From assembly GCA_003971905.1 (NCBI GenBank), contig RSEE01000086.1:62001-126000 (forward strand): a stretch of 64,000 bases of DNA, read 5' to 3'. Shown here one piece after another: positions 11,801 to 23,591 of the stretch. Numbering within the stretch: the first letter of the stretch is position 1; every line of letters starts with the position of its first letter. The translations under genes were made by a program, and so were the position numbers. The notes beneath the pieces are model-generated. The model searched no databases and was not told the origin of the DNA. It worked only from the letters and a program-made list of their open reading frames with translations. Origin of the DNA: Moniliella sp. 'wahieum'. Taxonomy: Eukaryota.

Positions 11801-13551
11801 CCGTACAACCGGTCCCGCAACCGGCTGCCACTGATCGTACGTGGACTAGAGAGCAATCGCGGAGACAGAGGGGCCGTGGGCGCTGTCCCAGGGGCGGGGC
11901 CACTGGCGCCCGCGGGCGCAACCGGGACATCACGCAGACGAGGTGGTGGAGAGGCGACCCCCCACCGCAAAGAGGAAGTGGAAGAGTAGGAGGAAGGCTG
12001 GAACTCTTTATTGACATCCCGACTCAAAATCTCATCCTGCCGCCGGGAAGGGTAGGGAGCCTGTTCCCGTTCCCGACCCAGCACCTCGTCCTGTCGCCTG
12101 GTCGGGATCGCCCATGGATCTGCACCGACAGAAGGGGGTGACATGGACACAACGCCCTCGCTTTGCGCCAGCGGGGAATGTGCCGAGATGGGGGGCAGTG
12201 CAGAGACGCCGGGAGGGGCGGTGCCGGGGCGGCGGGTAAGGCAGGGGCAGGAGAAGGCTCACCAAGCGCCAGGGCCCGTACCCGACGGCTGAAGCTGGTG
12301 GAGTGTTTGACGCGTCCAGGGGACTGCGGCGGCGTGGAGGCGGTAGAGGTGCGAGAGTAAGAACGGGAGCGCGTGCGGGAACGCTGGGTGGTGGCGTTAG
12401 GGTGGTGCGCGGGGAGGAAGAGGGGGAGGGGGAGGGGAGGAAGGGTGTGGGAGTGAGGGGGTGGCGGCAGGTGCAGGGGACCGATGCGAGAGCAATGCAG
12501 CCAGTGCGCTTGTACTGGCACTGGTGGACATGGCCTGGAGGCGCGGCGAAGGATGCGGGACGGGTGCAGACGCGGGATCGGGATGGGGATGGGCGAGAGC
12601 AAGACGGGACCCCGTCTCGGTCAAGGCGGTGATCCAAGCGTCGCGCTCAGCCCCATTGTCGGCGCTGAACAGATGAGGGCCGCCGGGTATGGTAGGCACG
12701 GTGAGGCGGATGCAAAAGGGAGGGACAAAGCCATGGACGTCCGGTTTGGGATGCTCCTCGCTCGTGGCCGCCGCACCTACCAGAGAGATGGAGTCGAGGA
12801 AGCGGCAATCGGGGCCATAGCGGTCCAGACGGTCGGTACGCAAGACAAACAGCTCGGGGAAAAAAGTGGAGCGCGGCCCAGGAAGCTTCGCACAGTCGGG
12901 GTGCCGGTCGCGTCGCGGGCAATCCAGGCGGGTGGTTGGTCGGGAGACACCAAGTTGGCGGTGAGGAAGGCATGCATGATGTTCTCAGGCGCAACGCGCT
13001 GCAGCGCATCTAGGAAGCCTGGACGGCGTGCTGGGGCAGAGGATGGTCAATGGAGGGCCGAGGGGAGCGAGGGGGAGCGTACCTTGCGTGCCGCGATACG
13101 GGCAGGACTGTGGTCGATGAAGAGGGCGGAGGAGGGGAGGGAAGGAAGCGAGGGCGGAGGGGCGTGGAGGTGGCGGCGGTGGCTTGGGCATGGAGGCGGA
13201 CCAGGTCGGACCAGGTTTTGCGGATGAGCCACGAGTGGGAGGGGACGGCGACGCGGACATGGTAGACGTAGGTGTGGGGGCCGGGCGAGGTGGTGAGCAA
13301 GACGCCGGAGGGCACCGCGATGGACCAGGGGGAGGGCAGACGCGGATGCGGATGCGGGGGCGGGCGAGTGGCGGCCGGTGGGGGCGGCGAGGGCGGGAGG
13401 ATGGTGGTGGCGGCGGGGGCGGCATGGGTGGGGCGAGGGCGGCGAGGCGGGCGCGGAGGGTGGCATTGTCGGCGGCCAGCGCATCCCGCTCGGCGCGCAC
13501 CGCCGCCAGCCCGTCGGCCGCGACGTCGGCGTCGGGGTCGCCGTCGGGCAT
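8824..13551 (-). CDS. BEM3: PX-PH-RhoGAP protein (Bem3-like Cdc42/Rho GAP); frameshifted; 3' end approximate
   Basis: N-terminal coiled coil (AVRAERDALAADNATLRARL); PX-like YVYHVRVAV..WLIRKTWSDLVRLH; PH-like HLFSADNGAERDAWITAL; RhoGAP VPALVFRCIEYL..EEGIYRQSG (Arg finger intact), DVHAIAGLLKAFLRFLP, LPPANYALLRTLAAHLARV..NRMTMQNLMIVWS. Confidence 0.8.
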
Positions 13552-13990
13552 GGAGGGGGGGGGGGGGGGCGGAGAGCGGATGGGGCGGGGATGGAGGCGG
13601 TGGAGGCGGTGGCGACGATGGAGGCGATGGCGATGGCGATGGCGATGGCGATGGCAACGGCAACGGCAGCGTAGATGCGAGGCGCGGCGATGCTGAGCTC
13701 AGCAGGGCTGGAGCAGCGCAGGCACGGCGCCAGCCACGGCGGCTGCCTCAGCACGTGCGGCCATTCGGGCCAGAAAGCTTAACACGCTTAAGCTCCCTGG
13801 CTGCTCGTCACATGTCACATCCCATCACACATCACACCTGTCACATTCACAGCCCGCCTCCTCGCCAGGTAATCACCAGGCACCGCGGCCTGTATATAAT
13901 GGATCGCCTCTCCTGCCTCTCATCGGCTCTGTGCGGTCATCGACATGTCATTTCCAGTTGTGCGTGTCCTCCAGTCGCACTCCTGACCAT

Positions 13991-15653
13991 TCAACCGTCC
14001 CACAGCACCCCATCGCGTCCTCCTCCGCCCGTCACACGTTCCGTGTCCCCACTCGCTTCCCTCTCTGCGTCTCGTCCATCGCCCCTGGGCTGCCTTGCTG
14101 CCACCAATCCAAGCGCGCACCAGCCCAGCTCCGCCCCCGCCCCAGTGGGATGCTTCACGAGCACCGCTCTTCCGGTCCCGGTCCCGAGCCAACCTGGTTG
14201 CGCTTTGCCGCCGCCTCCTGGCCCGCTCGGTAGGCTAAGCGGGCCCAGGCTACAGTGTCGGTGCCTGTGGGGGAGCCGCGCGCCCGCTGGAATTCGGAGC
14301 CGTACTAGGGAGGGGGGTAGGGCGGGATGCAGAACAGGAAGGAGAGCAGGCGGTGGTGGCGAGGGCGAGGGCGATGGAGATGTCGATGGAGAGGGCGATG
14401 GCGATGGTGGCAGGGACGGGGGCGGCAGTGGGGAGGAGGAGGATCGGGGGGCTGGTCCTTGAGGTTGGGGAAGAAGATAAGGCAGGACAGCAGGAGTCAA
14501 CATCAGTTTCCCTTCTGGGAAAAATACGGGGGCGTTGGCACGAGGCGTGGCCTGGGTCTTGTGAGTGCCAGCCGGTTGGTCCCGCGGGGGCGTGAGAGGA
14601 GTCATTGCAGCGGCGCCACCCGGGAGAAGAGGGAGGGGCATGTCCGAGTTCCCCGGTGGGATGGGTGGGGGGAAGAGGGCACGGTGGAGCGCCTGCAGCA
14701 GCGCGGTCGAGGTGGATCGGGCGCACGGGCTTGGGGATGAGGCCATCTAGTTGGGCTTGGCGTACCTAGGCCAAGTGTCTTGTCCTGCTTCCGTGGTTAA
14801 GGCGACAATGGGCGCGTGCTGGTTGATGTGGGTCGCCGGGCCGGCTGGGAGAAGACCGGCTCGAATGGTGCGGGTGCAGAGCAGTCCGTCGGGCCCAGCG
14901 GGGGGCGGCATGTGGATGTCCATCAGGATCAGATCAAAGCGATGCATAGCAGCGAGCGCCAAGGCGGACGCGCCGGAAGTGGCGTAAAGTGCACGTGATG
15001 CGCAAAGGAGATGAGAGAAATGAAGGTGGAGGATGCGCATGGTAACTGTACAAACAAGACGATTAGAGGAAAATGCAAAATCAACCAAATCAGTTTCCTT
15101 TCCCTCTCTCTTTTTTCTCGTGCTCACTGCAGGAAAGCGGACGAGGAAGCTCGTGTATACATGATCAAACAAGATATACGATGCGGGGGGCACGTACCAG
15201 CCAATTGGACCACATTGTCGTCGACCACCAATACCGTCAGCCCCGGACCCTGGGATGGACGGGTGGTGTAGTATAACTTTGTGGATTGAATAGGCGTTCC
15301 AGAGAAGGGGAGCGGAGTTTCTTCCGGCGCAGGGGAGGGGTATCTGAGGAAGGCGCAGCAGGGTGGGCGGATGAGGTGCTGCTGCTGTCGAGGGTAGAGG
15401 AGGAAGAGTGGCCTGTGCTGCAGCTGGAGCCAGAGCTGATGGAGCTGGTGCGCAAGCAGCCACATGCGCCCCCCTCTGATGGGTGCTGGTCAATGGCGTT
15501 GGGGAGGGCCTTCCGTGACGGGCTGTATTCTTCTGCCGCAGTAGTATTGGGGGTGTTCATCACGTTCATCTTGGTGGAGGACTTGTGGTGTTGCAATTCC
15601 GTGGGAGTGCCACCGACAGAGGCCATGGAGCAGAAGCGGTGAGAGGATTGCAT
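13991..15653 (-). CDS. Response regulator with a single receiver (CheY-like) domain; both ends approximate; intron 15046-15197
   Basis: Splicing GTACGT...CTAAT...CAG gives LTVLVVDDNVVQLAVTMRILHLHF; then FDLILMDIHMP (phosphoacceptor Asp), PIVALTT and, after a 1-nt frameshift near 14755, LDGLIPKPV (conserved Lys-Pro). Confidence 0.8.
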
Positions 15654-17899
15654 GTGGTGGTGCAGCCCCAAAAGGTGCCGGTGTGGCAACGGTGCGGTAT
15701 GTGGGGGCCTTTTGCGGAGAGTTGCCGAAGAGGAAGAGTAGGAACGGAACGGTGTCTGGCATATATGACTCGAAACCATAATACGGTTTGCCCATCTGCC
15801 CTCGGTCCTCTTCGGGACTCCGACAGGCGACAGGCCAGAGGGCGCCGCGAGAGACAGTTGGTGGGGCTCGGACTTTGGACAGGCCAGCGCCACAGCCATC
15901 GATCGAGTCTTGTTTTTGCGGTTGGGGGTCTCCTGTGGATCACTTTCGCCTCAGTTGCATACTATCCACCACGCACAGACACACCAACTACGAACTAACG
16001 TCTGTTGCACATATGCACCGCCAGTCACAGCTGCCACCCCAATCCCCGCCGGCGCTCGGGCCTCTATATAAGCATCGCCGGCACCGCCTACGTCGGTGTG
16101 GATACAGACCAGCCCCGCCCCGCATCCCCCAGAGCTCCGGGCCACATAGACACCGTATAGACACCACTAGAGGGGCTGTCGTGGCAATAAGTATAACCCT
16201 TCTGTGGTTATGCCGAGCTTACGAATCCTAGTGATCGAAAACAACTCACCACTGTGGAGAGATATATGCAACACCCTCTCTCCGCCTCCTGCGCCCTGTG
16301 GGACCACCCACACCCGCCTAATCCGCTCGAGCTATCCGGTTGCACACCCACGGTGCCTTCTCATTCCCTGTATTATATACAGTTGCGCTACAACTCAGGC
16401 GCAAGAATATTATAGTGTAGCAATAGCAGGATATAGAGTTTTACAGTAGGTTGCCGGCCGACACAACAACTTTTGGTACATGCAGGACAGTCACCAGTCC
16501 ATACTTCTATAGGAACTCAGGATGGGTGAGCTAGTCAAGCTCCACGGAGGCCGCTCGTCCCACCCGATCCACCTGATCGAGAGGCGGAGAAACGCTGCCG
16601 GAGAACGGATTGGGGTTTGCATTGTAGAATGTACGTTCTCTGGTGTGTATCGCTACAGCCCTCTGTTATTACCCCTTTCTCCTTCTACTGCAGTTGACGA
16701 CCGGCTGTGCAAGCCAGTCATTAATCATTTTGGGCGCTGAACGAACGTGGAACGTAGGACGTTGGACGTTCATGCAAGGCATATGCATCCAGAACGCTTA
16801 CAACCGCTGGTCGACGGCCATCGATGAGAAAAACGTATATGAGATGCTCAGGGGCGGACCACCTGCAGGTGTGGGGGGGGTTCAACGTTCAACGTCCACC
16901 GTTCACCGTTCAACTGAACGTTCAACCTCGAATAGGCCAAAGTTCCCACCTACGTGCGTGTACGAAAAGCCCCTAAAGCTTATACCGACGCAGCGCCGGC
17001 CCGTGGCGTCTGGGAAGGACCGTATCTCCGACGGATTATGCGTGCACCAGTGCACCAGTGCACTCTCCTTCGGCGGTTAGTAGCTGTACTAGTAGGAGTA
17101 GGAGTAGGGCGAAGAGGAGGGTCAGTGCGGCCAGACCGTGCCGGACGGAACTTAAGCTACTGGCTGTATCAGCCCAAAGCAAAGCAAACTAGCAACACGC
17201 AGAGAAGCGCAGCCGCGGCACTAGCGCCACAGCAACACAAGGGACCCCCAGCCGACGAGAAAACTGAACGGGTCACGACAGGGGACTCGGGGTGTGGAAG
17301 ACAAAAATACGACACAGATGTACCACCCTGGTGCTCTCAGGCCTCAGGGACGACTGAGGGACGCCTCTTCAGCATCACTGCAACAGCCTGGTAGTCATGG
17401 CTAAACCTACCCTATATTCAACTGTACAACACTGAGGTTCTGCTCCCTTGCTCCCGGGGGACTATATGTTGCTTGCCCATACACACAGCAGAGATGGAAT
17501 TTGGATGAGACGGGTCCAATCGCAATGGGGACTTGAGGCGAGAAGGCAGAGTGTACCGGCACTAAAGGAAAGGGGTAGCCAGCATGCTGGAAAGCAGCAT
17601 GGGCAAGTAGTAAGGTCGAGGCGGCGAGGGTATCAAGGCAAAAGGAAGGTGGGCGGCGAGATCCGCAGGGTGGTGAGGGGGCAGGATCAGACAAGCGCAG
17701 AGCGCAAGCGGTAGAGCCAGCAGAGAAAGACGAAGAGGAAGAAGAAGAAGACGTAGAGGAAGAGGCAGAGGCAGAGGTAGAGAGAGACAGGGAGGTAGAG
17801 GCAGAGACTCACACAGACACAGAGGGGCGAACCAAATGTACCAACAGGCATGCCATCCTACTACCCCCTCACCTCTCCCGTCGGGCCCTTGCGCGCAGT

Positions 17900-20800
17900 T
17901 TAGTCCGACTTGTGCTTGTTAGCGTCGAGAAAGAGGGTGAAGCGACGCATCTTGTTGCCGCGTTTGGGCGTATCTTTCTTATCTGTGTCCGAGGCAAGTG
18001 GGCTGGACGGGCCCGGGGGTTGCGGCGACGAAGGAGGCCCAGACGCAACTGCGGCTGCCTTTCCCTCGCCTTCGTCCACCTCCAAGACCGAAGGCACACT
18101 TGGTCCGGCCGCGCGGTCCGTCGCGTCTCCGACCCAATCCGGCGGCTCAGACGGTACAGTCCGCGTTTCCGGCCCGACGGCGGCGGAGACCGCGCCGGGG
18201 ACCGCGCCGGGGGCACGACTACCGCCACCTCGGGCACTGCGTTCCATCTTCGTTTTTTCGACTCGTCCGTGCTAGCCTCTTTGCCACTAGGTTCGGACCC
18301 CGTGTCTTCCTCCTGAATGGCGGGAACATCCGACTTGCGCGTGAGCAGACGATACTTGTCGTCCATGTGGGGCACAAAGGTGCGGCGGCGATGGGCGGCG
18401 GCGGTGAGTGCACGACGGGATTTGCGCAGCGTCCGGGCCGTGGAGGAGTACACGCGGGGCGGGAGAGCGGCCAAGCCTGAACCTCCATTCCGTTCCGAGT
18501 CGGCCGCGACAAGCAGATCGGTATTGAGGTCGTCAATCATGTCCCAGTCCTCTTCTTCGCTTTGCTCACCCTCCTGCTTGAGCGCCATCGAGGCACGGCG
18601 CGCGGGGGGGGCAATGGACGCGCTGGGGACCACGTTGGGGTTGGCAATCGTCGCTTGGGCTGCTGCCGCAGCAATCGAAACGATATCCGTGGGACGACGT
18701 TGGCTCGAAGAGGAGTGTTGGGCCTTGTGTGCACTTGGTTTGACCAGCCCCTCGGGCTCGGCGGCTGGATTGGTACCACGGGCACGAGCTAAAGAGCCAA
18801 TGCCGCGTTGAGCGATGCCGTCTTGGACAACGTGGGTGCAGGGGTGGTTTGCGCAGTGATGCTCCCTGCAGTATTGGCAGTGGTGGCGGTGGTGGTGGTG
18901 GTCGTGTTGCACATCGACTGATCCGGAGCATCGAGACTAGCAATGGAGCCCGAGGTGGCCATAGCTTCGGGTACGCTAGTCGGGATGGAAGAGGCCTGGC
19001 GCTCATTGAATCCTGGTGATTCCAGGGTGAGCCCGGCCACGTCCTTCTCCGTTTCCGTTTCCGTCTCTGTCTCGGGCGGCTCCGTGGCAGAAGAGCCAAC
19101 GTCAGGCAAGCTGACCACTTCGGGGTTAGAGAAGCTTGACTCATTCGCCTCTCGCTCCAGTTCTTCCAACGTCGCATTCGCCAAGAAAGCAGCTGCTTCG
19201 TACTCTTCAAACTCGGCTGCCTGAGCGCTGGAAAACTGGACAGACAAAGGACGGGAGGTGGGGCGTGCCCTCGGAACCGAGTGAAGAAGTTGGTGGGACG
19301 GTACCGAGGCGTGGAAGGGGATGACAACGACTGTTCCATCGTCCGGTCCGCCCGTGAAGAAGAGATGATCCGTACCGTTGTGCCAGGGGGCGCAGGAGCC
19401 CACGCAGGTTGAACGGGCGAGGGCAGCGGTTGCTCCACCACGGGTGGACTAGGCTGAGGCTCGGGAACCACATCCATAGGCGTCAATTCCGGTTCGGCGG
19501 CCGGGGCGGGGGCAGAAATGGCCAGTTCTGGCCCAGCGGGCGTTGAACTGTTCTCCTCTGCGACATGAGATGGGCTGGGAGTGACTTCCATCGCTTCGGC
19601 GTCCACGGGCGCCTCCCGTACTGGCATCGCCTCCACCACGGGGGAAGATTCGACCGGTTGGTCCGAAACAACGGTTGTGTCGACTTTCGGGCTCGAGGGT
19701 GCTGCTGGTGAAAGAGAAGGAAGAGCAGATACATCAGCGGTAGATGAGCTGGATGAACGCGCCGCTGGGGACCGGGAAGTAAGGGGAGTGTGCTGGAGCC
19801 GCTGAGGCTCTTGTTTAGCCGCAATGGCCGCACCGTAGGTGTGAGCAATCTTGCGTGTCGGCTTGTTGGGCAACAAGGGCGCAGCCCCGATTTTTTCTGC
19901 GCTGCCTCCAACGCAGCCAAACGTGCCTTAACGCTCCCTGGTGGATAGCGTTGTGCGGGGGCGGGCTTGGGTGGAGGGGGTTGTGGCTCTACCGGAGCAG
20001 CAACAGAGGCAGCAGCAGTGGGAGTGGCAGTCGGAGCGGCAGTGGGAGTGGCAGCGGCAGCGGCAGGAAGACCGGAAGGAACACTGGTAGGGACGGCGGG
20101 GATGGCGGGGACGGCGGGGATGGCGGGGACGGCGGGGACAGTGGGGGGAAGCTCCTGAACAGGGCTCGGGGGAGCCGGAGGCGCTGACGCCACCGGCTCG
20201 TCCGGAAGCTCGGAGGAGGAGGGTGGGACCAAGGCCGGCTCGAGGGGAGCGTTCACAGGAGAAAGTTGGGGGGCATTCCTGCTCTCTTGTGGGACTGGTC
20301 CCGACGAGCTAGAAGGCAGCCCATCGGCACTACCAGACGTCGTGTCCCATGCACTCGTCGTATCCGGTAGACCCGCCGCCGGGCCTGGTGCAGGAGAGGG
20401 CGTACGTTCCCGCATCGCAGTGTCTTCATCATGTGTGTCGTGCTCCTCGGGCGAGGGTGCGTCAACGTCCATCCCATGACCATCTTCTTCCTCCCCCTCG
20501 GCAGGAACAAAAGAGAAGGTGGAAAAGTCGTAGCCTTCAAACAGGCTTTGCACGTCATCCTGGCCCTGGGCCTTGGCCACACTCCGGACCTTGGCCAAGA
20601 GACGGGTGCGTTCGGCCTCAGCCGCAAGTTCGTCCTTTTCCCTGCGGCGGCGTGCACGGTCCTTGGACGACTCATGCGCATGCTGTGGATCGTCTTCGTC
20701 CGAGCCCTCGGGTTCGTCTGATTCGTCATCGTCAAACTCCAAATTGGGCCGCAAGCCGAGGAAGGTTTCATCAAAGTTGCGCGTGTCCTCTTGGTTGTGG

Positions 20801-21916
20801 GGATCAGTGTGGGGGACATAGGGGGGGATGTAACGGCGGAAGTGGATGTGGTCCCACTCAATCATGCCAAAATAAGGATGCTTCTTTAACCGGGGCTCCT
20901 GCAACCGCAAGCCTGGGTCCTTCTGCAACAAGCCACGGAGAAAGCCGCGCGTGTCCTGGTCCCAGGCTGTTGCATCGTAGCCGCGCGACAAGGGATCAGG
21001 GAAAGACAACGGCTCCCGCAACACCCGCACGTACATCTCCGTGTGACTCTCACCGGCAAAGGGCGTGTAGCCTGCCAGCATCTCGTACAACATGGTACCA
21101 AAGCTCCACCAGTCCACCTCGTAACTGTAACGCCTGGCCCGAGATGACCTCGGCGAGAGGTATTCGGCTGTTCCGCAAAAGGTGGTGGTGGCATCCTGGC
21201 CAGCGAGTTTGGCTAGCTTCTCAGCCTCGGCCAGGCTCTTGCTGCTCGAGGCGGAGGGGAGCAGCCAATGGGGGAGCGCGCCTCGATCCCGGGCGCGGGA
21301 ACTCTTTGAGAGGCCAAAGTCAGAGAGGACAATGTGTCCATCCTGTCCGATCAGTACGTTCTCTGGCTTCAGGTCGCGGTAAATGATGCCGGCCGCATGG
21401 AGCGCCTCGACACCCTCGGCGATCTCGGCAGCATAGAAACGGGCACGGTCGGTGCCCAGGCGGCCCCAGCGGGCGAGCTGGGTGGCGAGGTCGCCGCCAG
21501 GATGGAAGTCCATGACGAGGTACAGGTTGGTGGCATCGTGGAAGCTGTACCAGAGCTTGACGATGAAGGGAAGTCCGGTCTCGCCGGGGGCGGCGTGGGC
21601 GGCGGAGGTGCGGGCAAGCACGGCCTGCTCGGTGAGGGTGTGCTGGAGCTCCTGGTGGGCGAGCACGTGGCGCTTCTGGATGGTCTTGAGGGCAAAGATG
21701 GACTTGGTGGCGCGCTGGCGCACGAGGAGGACCTGGGGAGGGAGGGGTTAGAGGAGGGAGGAGGAGGAGGAGGAGGAGGAGGAGGAGGAGGAGGATGGAG
21801 ACCTCGCACCTTGCCAGCGCAGCCCTTGCCGAGACACGCAGCAGGTCAAAGTCGGCGATGGTGGGCGCGCGGCCGGGGCGCGGGGGCCAGCCAGTGGCCG
21901 GCGGGGCGCTGGGCAT
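17900..21916 (-). CDS. AGC-family Ser/Thr kinase (Ypk/SGK-like) with N-terminal kinase domain and long low-complexity tail; intron 21733-21809
   Basis: DFDLLRV.GKGCAGKV|LLVR, FALK, YRDLKPEN, DFGLSK, TTTFCGTAEYL (PDK1 site), VDWWSFG, AGC tail PPYVP..DTRNFDETF and hydrophobic motif FSTFSF. The 3' end is inferred from ORF 17900..18247. Confidence 0.85.
21758..21793. repeat. (GAG)n microsatellite, about 12 units, inside the kinase intron
   Basis: Directly visible; reads as a (CTC)n pyrimidine tract on the minus strand. Confidence 0.9.
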
Positions 21917-23591
21917 GGCGGACAGAGGACGCGGCGGGCGGCGGGGAGAAGGCCGGGGAGCCGCGGGAATGGTGGAGGTGGAGGCGCAGACTGGCCCCTG
22001 GCGGCGGCCGGCGAGCAGCGGCGTTTGCGGTGGGTTGGTGGGGTCCTGCCGCCCCCCGCCCCCCGCGCCCAAGCTATGGGTTGCGCCGCCACTGCCCCTG
22101 TGCCCAGCACCGCCTGCCCCACCCCCTGCCCCCGCGCCGGCCCGTCTCGCCCGCGCGCGCGCCGCACACCGCACACTCGCGCCACGCCACACAACCCTAG
22201 CGTCCCGCTCGGGCGCTCCACTGGCGCCGCGCCACAGCGCCTCGACACTCACGCATCGCAAGCGGTGATGTGTGATGCTTTATGCGCCTGCCGCCGCGCC
22301 CTGCTCATCGACCAGCCATCAACCCATCGTCCACCGTCCATTCTCAACACCACGCGCCCACCACATCCACCAACCCAGCCCAATCCAACGCACATTCCCC
22401 CGCCCCTTAGTCCTCCTCCTCGTTGTCTCTTGGGCTCCTCGCTCCCACCGTCGCCCTCCAGCACATGCCCGCCGCCCCCCCATCCGCCCATGCCGGCCAC
22501 GTGTACAGTACGCCATTTCACCCCGACCAAAACGTATATATTTGGAGCCGCAGCAGACAAGCCCTGCGTCCCTCTCGGACACACCCTACTCGGCCCAAGC
22601 GCAGGAAGCAATGTGTCAGTAGAAGAGGTGAGACTAATGTCCGTCGCCTGTGTTGGTGGTGGGCGCCATCGTCGCGCACCCATCCTGAACCACAACAGTC
22701 GTCCAATTACTACTCTAGCTGCCCTACAGTAGAACACTGGCTGCAGGACACTCCGTTCACCTCGTATATACACGCGGTATACTCCCCAGGCTCCCCTACA
22801 CGCCACATGACACTGTCAAGGGACACGGTGGTAAAATCCGGTTTCAGAGGGAAGAGTGGCTGTTGTCTGCAAAGTCGCGTAGTAGCGGTGGGCAGTGGTG
22901 CTCCAGGTGACCCATCAATCAATTGAACGTGTTGAGCCCGGATCCGAGGAAGAGAGGAGAGACGGAGCGAGAGAAACGGAGAAAGAGAAACCGAGAGAGC
23001 GGAGGAAGAGAACGAGAACGACAGAGGGAGCATGTTTGCCTTGACTTGTTTGTTTATACGTGAGCATAGCCTACTTGCACGTACTGCCGTGGTCGCACGC
23101 GCCTGCAGTGCAACCGGGACTTCTACAGCGCCTGGCCCCAACCTCGTCGGGTCCACGCAACATGTGAGAGTGAGAGCGCCAGATACGGCATTGGGGCCGG
23201 GGGAATGGGCCGCAAGGCTGGGGAGAACAAGTGAAGGGCACAGACAAGTCAAAAGATGGGGAGGGGAACGAGGAGAAAGATGAGATGAGACGAGACATGG
23301 GAAAGGGGAGCGGTGAGGTGGGGTATACAGTGAGGGTAGAGCCAGGTTGGGACGGAGCCCCGGCTGGGCTCAACGGTCTACCATAAGGGCGAAAGAAGGA
23401 AAACACAGCGAGAGGGAAGAAGAGACCGAGACCGAGGACCGAGACCGAGACCTAGACAGAGAAAGAGAAAGAGACCGAAATGAGAAAGGGAAAGGGAAAA
23501 AAAGCGGGCGCAGTGCGAGGGCCAAAAGGAATGTGAGGCCAAGGACAAGGACAAGGGAGGAGAGAGCAGAAGAGAGAGAGCAAGATCGGTT

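Noticed and set aside
22940..23590. GA-rich stretch encoding a charged ORF
   Set aside because: Simple-sequence purine tract typical of UTR or intergenic DNA; no coding evidence.
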